NCBI RefSeq assembly: GCF_000485595.1
Contig: NW_014577062.1
Location: 1,223,965-1,282,543, forward strand
Direction of reading: 5' to 3'
Origin: Priapulus caudatus
Taxonomy: Eukaryota
Length of the DNA: 58,579 bases
In this document: positions 53,368-58,579 of the stretch, in pieces
Numbering within the stretch: position 1 is the stretch's first letter
Layout of the letters: each line of letters begins with the position of its first letter
Position numbers and translations under genes: made by a program
The notes under the pieces: generated by a model
What the model saw: the letters and a program-made list of their open reading frames with translations, nothing else
Told to the model about the DNA's origin: nothing
The model's database searches: none

Positions 53368-56081
53368 GCACGCGCGCGCGCACACACACACATACACGCA
53401 CACACGCACGCACGCACGCACGCACACACCACCACCACTACACAACGCACGGCACGCACGCACGCACGCACCACACACACACACACTGAGCTCTCATAGG
53501 TGAGATGGAAACGTCTGCGTGTGTTCCTTGAAGAGACCCTTCAATGCTGATAGAAATGTTCAACCCCTTTGTGCCAGGCATCGTTTGTTGTTCGACGGTC
53601 AATTAAATATCCGGTGCTTCTCTATTCATCTTTATTTAAGGTGCTATCAGAGATAATTTCCCCTATTCGTGGAGTATAAGGAAGCTTTTACAAAGAAAGT
53701 ATAAAGCTGAAAAAATAATTGTCTTATAATATAAAGTTAGTAAATTACGGGATGGAGATATTTAGCTATACCTAATGTCGGATAAAGCTATTTACCCTGG
53801 TTCAAAATAGTTACAGCTTCCGAATTAGTCTAACTATTAGTCTAAACAACAATTCTGTGACTAACGTTTAGAATCCACGTCAGTTCAAGTTCAATATAAT
53901 ACTCTGTAGTGAGCAGCTTTATTCCTTCTATAGTTCTAGAAAAGACACCACTCCTAACCTAATAATATTAATAATCAACTAATCAATCAATTCACCATAA
54001 TTAATACTTAATTATATAATTATTAGACTATCACGATCAGAACCAAATGCATCTTCGGGATAGTAGGATAAATGGCAACTAAAATGTCAATTCACAACCC
54101 TTTTGGGAGAAAGATATTGCAATGAAACCAAAGTTAGTGAATAGCCCTAAAAAATAGAAATGAAATGTAAAGTTGGCACAACACAAATGGAAAGTACTCC
54201 TGCCTGATACAACTCCCCCCTTCGAAATTGGTTTTATTTTTTTTCAGCAGATGCTTTTACAAATGTTTAAAATGCAAGAATACACATTACGCATACGCCA
54301 CAACGCACACGCACACGCATACGCACACGCACACGCAGCACGCACACGCACACGCACACGCACAACACGCCACACGCACACGCACACGCACACGCACACG
54401 ACACACGCACACACACACACAAACACAAACACACAAACACGCACGCGCACGTACACGCACACACACACTGTAATATATTATATATACTAATATGCTTATA
54501 TATCATATATATATCACATATAATCAGCCTATCTGATTATTATATGAGTATAATATAGTATTTTACGTTAAACATATATATAGCATATATAGTTAAACAA
54601 CATTTTCTCATACTTAAAATTACTCGTAACTCAGCGTCGCCTTGCAAACTGTGTTCCATGAAGATCTAATGACGTTCGCAGGACATTACCTTGGATTAAT
54701 ATTTTTAGCTTTGCTCAAAGAATAATGTTTGCATATAAGCGTATTAGCATACAGAAACCGAAAGAAAATCTATTGTAGAATAACTCGGAGTAATTGCTGA
54801 CAACGTAAGAACATCTTCACGTGCATTCAACTGGGCAAATTATTGTTAGGGTGCATTAAAATTCACCTATATGTGTTGGTCTAAAGATCGAATCCCTAAT
54901 TATCTATACGAGATTTTATGTTATGATTGCAAAATAAAATGTTTTGAACCAGATTTTGTATCCCGAGTCGCATACGCTTGGATACCCCAAGGGCTTATTT
55001 GGGTACATGAGCAATTGCCTGAATTTTTCGAATCTTTGAGAGCTTAAAAAACCTAAGAAGTTTTTCAGTTAGAGACAAACACAAACCTGAATATAAAAAC
55101 ACAACTGAAACTAACCAATTATTATAGACGAAACAACTTTTACGGAACTATACTTTTTATGAAGCATCAAGCTCTTCATGCAATAACGCAGTTATATGAA
55201 GGAAACGAAGAATAATACGGCATCCAACGAATTCCTCGGGCTCGAATAAAAGGGAACCACTCACGTTGGTAGAGTTCTAAGCACCATTGTATAAAAATCT
55301 GTTTACTGATTTGAAACTCTATAATGTCACATCAACCTATTTCGTAATCCTCTTGTACTGTTACTTTCTTTCATTTTATCTACCCTTGCAAGGCTTGTTT
55401 GCGGAACGAAGTAAATTCGATAAGATCACCCCTCTAATGGCTTAGAACAGTTAATGTACGGTTTTTGCTGTGCGCGCGCTTGAAACATTATAACCGAGTT
55501 ACCCTCCACCTCTAAATCTTGCAGCCGCTCCTGGCTACAATATATTTATAGATCTGGCGTTACCGAGATCGTCCAAAGTTTGCGTTGTGCCGACGTCACA
55601 GCGACGTCACGTGTTATACGGTGATTACACGAGCGCCGGACTGTCGAAGGCAACCGTTCAAAGCCATCCGCCGACGACTAATTGGCATCGTTTTATATTA
55701 CTATTATTTCTCAGCGCAATGGCGTATGAATGTGGGAAAACCGAGAAAGCCGGAGACCTCAGAAGAATTCCGGCTTCAGTTTTTACGTAGCACCACTAAC
55801 AGAGCTCGTTATATAATCTAGTCTATCACAGATGCCATGCTTAACACATTTTAGTTCTGCGCATGATGGTTAAATGTTCTCAACGCAACTTACTCATGTG
55901 TAAACAAACAGGCGATGACTAATGGGACGACTACGCAAAATATAACATAACGATTTCAAAATAAATCTGTGATTTTTATCTCGATTGAGCTACGGGACTT
56001 TCTAGTTTATATTTACGCATTGCAGTAAAAGCTCGCAATAATGGCGTTGATCACTAGATTTCATTTAACACTTTTTGCTAC

Positions 56082-56111
56082 AGAGGCGAGAGTAAAGAGC
56101 TAGATGAAAAG

Positions 56112-56193
<82 letters not shown>

Positions 56194-56264
56194 GGTGATG
56201 ATAGTGTAACATGTGATGTACAGATGTAAGAGGCGAGAGTAAAGAGCTAGATGAAAAGAAAAAG

Positions 56265-56333
<69 letters not shown>

Positions 56334-56374
56334 GATATGTGGTGATGATAGTGTAACATGTGATGTACAGATGT
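56082..56374. repeat. Tandem duplication of an about 150-bp unit containing (AG)n
   Basis: agaggcgagagtaaagagctagatgaaaag...(ag)n...gtgatgatagtgtaacatgtgatgtacagatgt occurs twice. Confidence 0.9.
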
Positions 56375-56419
56375 TTAAATAAAGTAGTCAGTGGAGCTAG
56401 ACTAGGGGTTGTTTTAGTG

Positions 56420-58265
56420 ATAGTCTATCTGTATGTTTGTATGACTGGGAACCTTTAGATCGGTATTTCCCTGCAAAAAAAACAAAAAACAAAATAAAAA
56501 ATATTCCGTATATATTTGTGAGTGCAACTGATCTAGCTCCCCAAAGTATCTCCAGGTACTGTTTAGTAAGCTGAACTATAGTAATAAGGCTGCTGCCAAC
56601 CCTAAACCTCAGGAGAGTTTTCAAGAGCTCTTCCTGCATATCATGTGAGGTTTCTGTTGCTTCCAAACCTGTTCTACGTTTAATCATATTTAAAAATTTC
56701 TATGGTTTTTATATCCAAGACATTCTAGTAAAAAGTGCTCAAGGGTCTTCAACTCTTCTTTCCCACAAATTAAGCATTTATCTTCCCCTCCCCAGTGTCT
56801 AGTTCGTTTATTCAATGGGAAGCAGCTCGCCCTGCATTGAAAGAGTAGGCTATTATCAAAGTTCCCTCAAGTATCCCAAGACTATTATCACAAAAGGACT
56901 CTTTACCAGGCGTCTTTTTTTCTTTATACAATCTTAGCGAACTCTTGTTTTCTATTTCTTTTTTCCAGACGGTAGTACCACTCTGTTTAATTGCTCTTTC
57001 CACTCTAACATTTTATTCTTTAATACCCCCCGTTAACTCTTCGTCTAGCCTCCTATCCGAGTCAAACTTTGTTATGAGGAACTTAGTTCTTCTTATCCAG
57101 TCTGATCTGAATTTGCCCAATTCTATTGCTTCCGCTATCTGTTTACATTTACGTTCGTTATTCATATATTTTATCCTGCCCCAATATTTAATTTTACTTT
57201 TGCCTCTCTCTCTTCAAAAGTTGACCATCCCATCTCTCCTCTAATACTCTCCAGTCTCACATAAGAGCGTGCTCCTAGTAACTCCCTTCCAAGCTGGTTT
57301 TGAGTCCTGTCTAGTGCCTGGAGCGTAGACGTTCCTCCTTTTTTAACTTTAAATAATAGGGCTTCATTTGTATACGTCAGTGCAGGCACTGCAACTGCTT
57401 TCCAAAGCTTCCTACCCACCTAGTATCTATTGAAACTATAGATTGCCTTTAAAGCTATTGCTCCCCTGTATTTTCTTGCTTTTTTCGTATATCATCCTCA
57501 TGCTGTTGTAAGCAGTTATCGATATTGTCACTAAGCTTTACCCCCAGGTAAGTGTATTCAGATACTTGCTGCAAATTCATTGCCCCCATTTTCCAGACAC
57601 CCTGTTGCTCCTCTATCGGCTTATTCAGAATTATGATTTGGGATTTCTGTTACTACTCCAAAATTTTCTGCAAAGTCTGCGGCAATGCTCAACATACTTT
57701 CCATTTTACTACTATTCTCTGCTAGCAGAACCACATCATCCGCATATAACATCCCTGGAAAGCTATTTCCGCCAATGCACAATCCATTTGCATTTGATAC
57801 GAGCCTAATAGACAATTCATTGATAAACAATGCGAACAGGATTGGTGATAAAAGGCAACCTTGCTTCAGACCTACATTAGATGCTATCCAATCCGAATCA
57901 AACAGACCCAAACTTATCTTTGATTCATTGTTCTTGTACATAGACTCCACTAGCTTAAAAAACCTATTACCCAAACCTATTCTTCTTAGTTCCTTTAGTA
58001 ATTTATTCCTATCCACCCAGTCATAAGCTTTTTTGATGTCCAAGAATGCAAGGTATAATGGTTATGATAAATATATTATCTCCCGTGCGCCAATCCCTCC
58101 TGAAACCATTCTGTAACTCCCCCAAAATATTTGAGTCTTCTAACAATTTTTCCAGTCGATCTCTAATAATTCCCATGAATATACTCATACCCCCACCGGT
58201 ACTCACGTTGCTCGTAAAGGCAATCGGTCTGTAGTTTTCCAGAAGCTGTTTATCCAAGTTTTTAC
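56420..58265 (-). mobile_element. Degraded, 5'-truncated non-LTR retrotransposon (RTE/RTEX-like) ORF2 with reverse transcriptase
   Basis: Successive frameshifted pieces: LENYRPIA...LGELQNGFR (58257-58021), DIKKAYDWV...GLKQGCLLSPILF...LYADDVVLL (58043-57621), KLWKAVAVPALTY...IRGEMGW (57419-57171), KSSLRLYKEKK. Clade assignment is tentative. Confidence 0.9.
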
Positions 58266-58519
58266 CCTTATAAACTAATGATACTTTTGATTTCTTTCAT
58301 GAATCTGGACACAGCGTCGCGCATCTTGTTGCGGCTACATTGATGTATTAGGGAGAATTGTAAACGTGTGTTAGGTCGGGAGTTTCTAGGGTGACTGTGA
58401 AATGGGTGGTGAGCTGAGCGGGTGTAGACATGTGGGATTATGGCGGCTGACACACACGTTCGCACGTGTGGTAGAGGGAGAGCGAGAGCGAGCGAGCGAG
58501 CGAGCGAGAGAGAGAGAGA

Positions 58520-58570
<51 letters not shown>

Positions 58571-58579
58571 AGAGAGAGA

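Overview
Repeat-rich animal genomic DNA (spliceosomal introns, many microsatellites, N gaps, interstitial TTAGGG tracts, which fits a non-arthropod, non-nematode invertebrate; the species cannot be called). Two host genes are supported, both on the minus strand. One is the 5' end of an alkaline phosphatase gene: a signal-peptide exon at 2210-2294 splices in frame to an exon at 286-506, and the gene continues off the left edge. The other is an uninterrupted 479-aa type II membrane GT32/DXD glycosyltransferase ORF at 16217-17656. The rest is transposon and tandem-repeat DNA: nested foldback elements, a non-autonomous Helitron carrying a tRNA-like segment, MITEs, two degraded LINEs and several minisatellites. 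Most ORFs in the supplied track are repeat artefacts. Two patterns stand out. (1) Three 40-56 bp perfect hairpins with CAGGAG...CTCCTG ends and 7-8 bp target duplications look like excision footprints of P-superfamily transposons. (2) All four telomeric-repeat tracts sit inside inverted-repeat-bounded elements from at least three unrelated sequence families. There are also signs of local misassembly near 8.1-10.3 kb.
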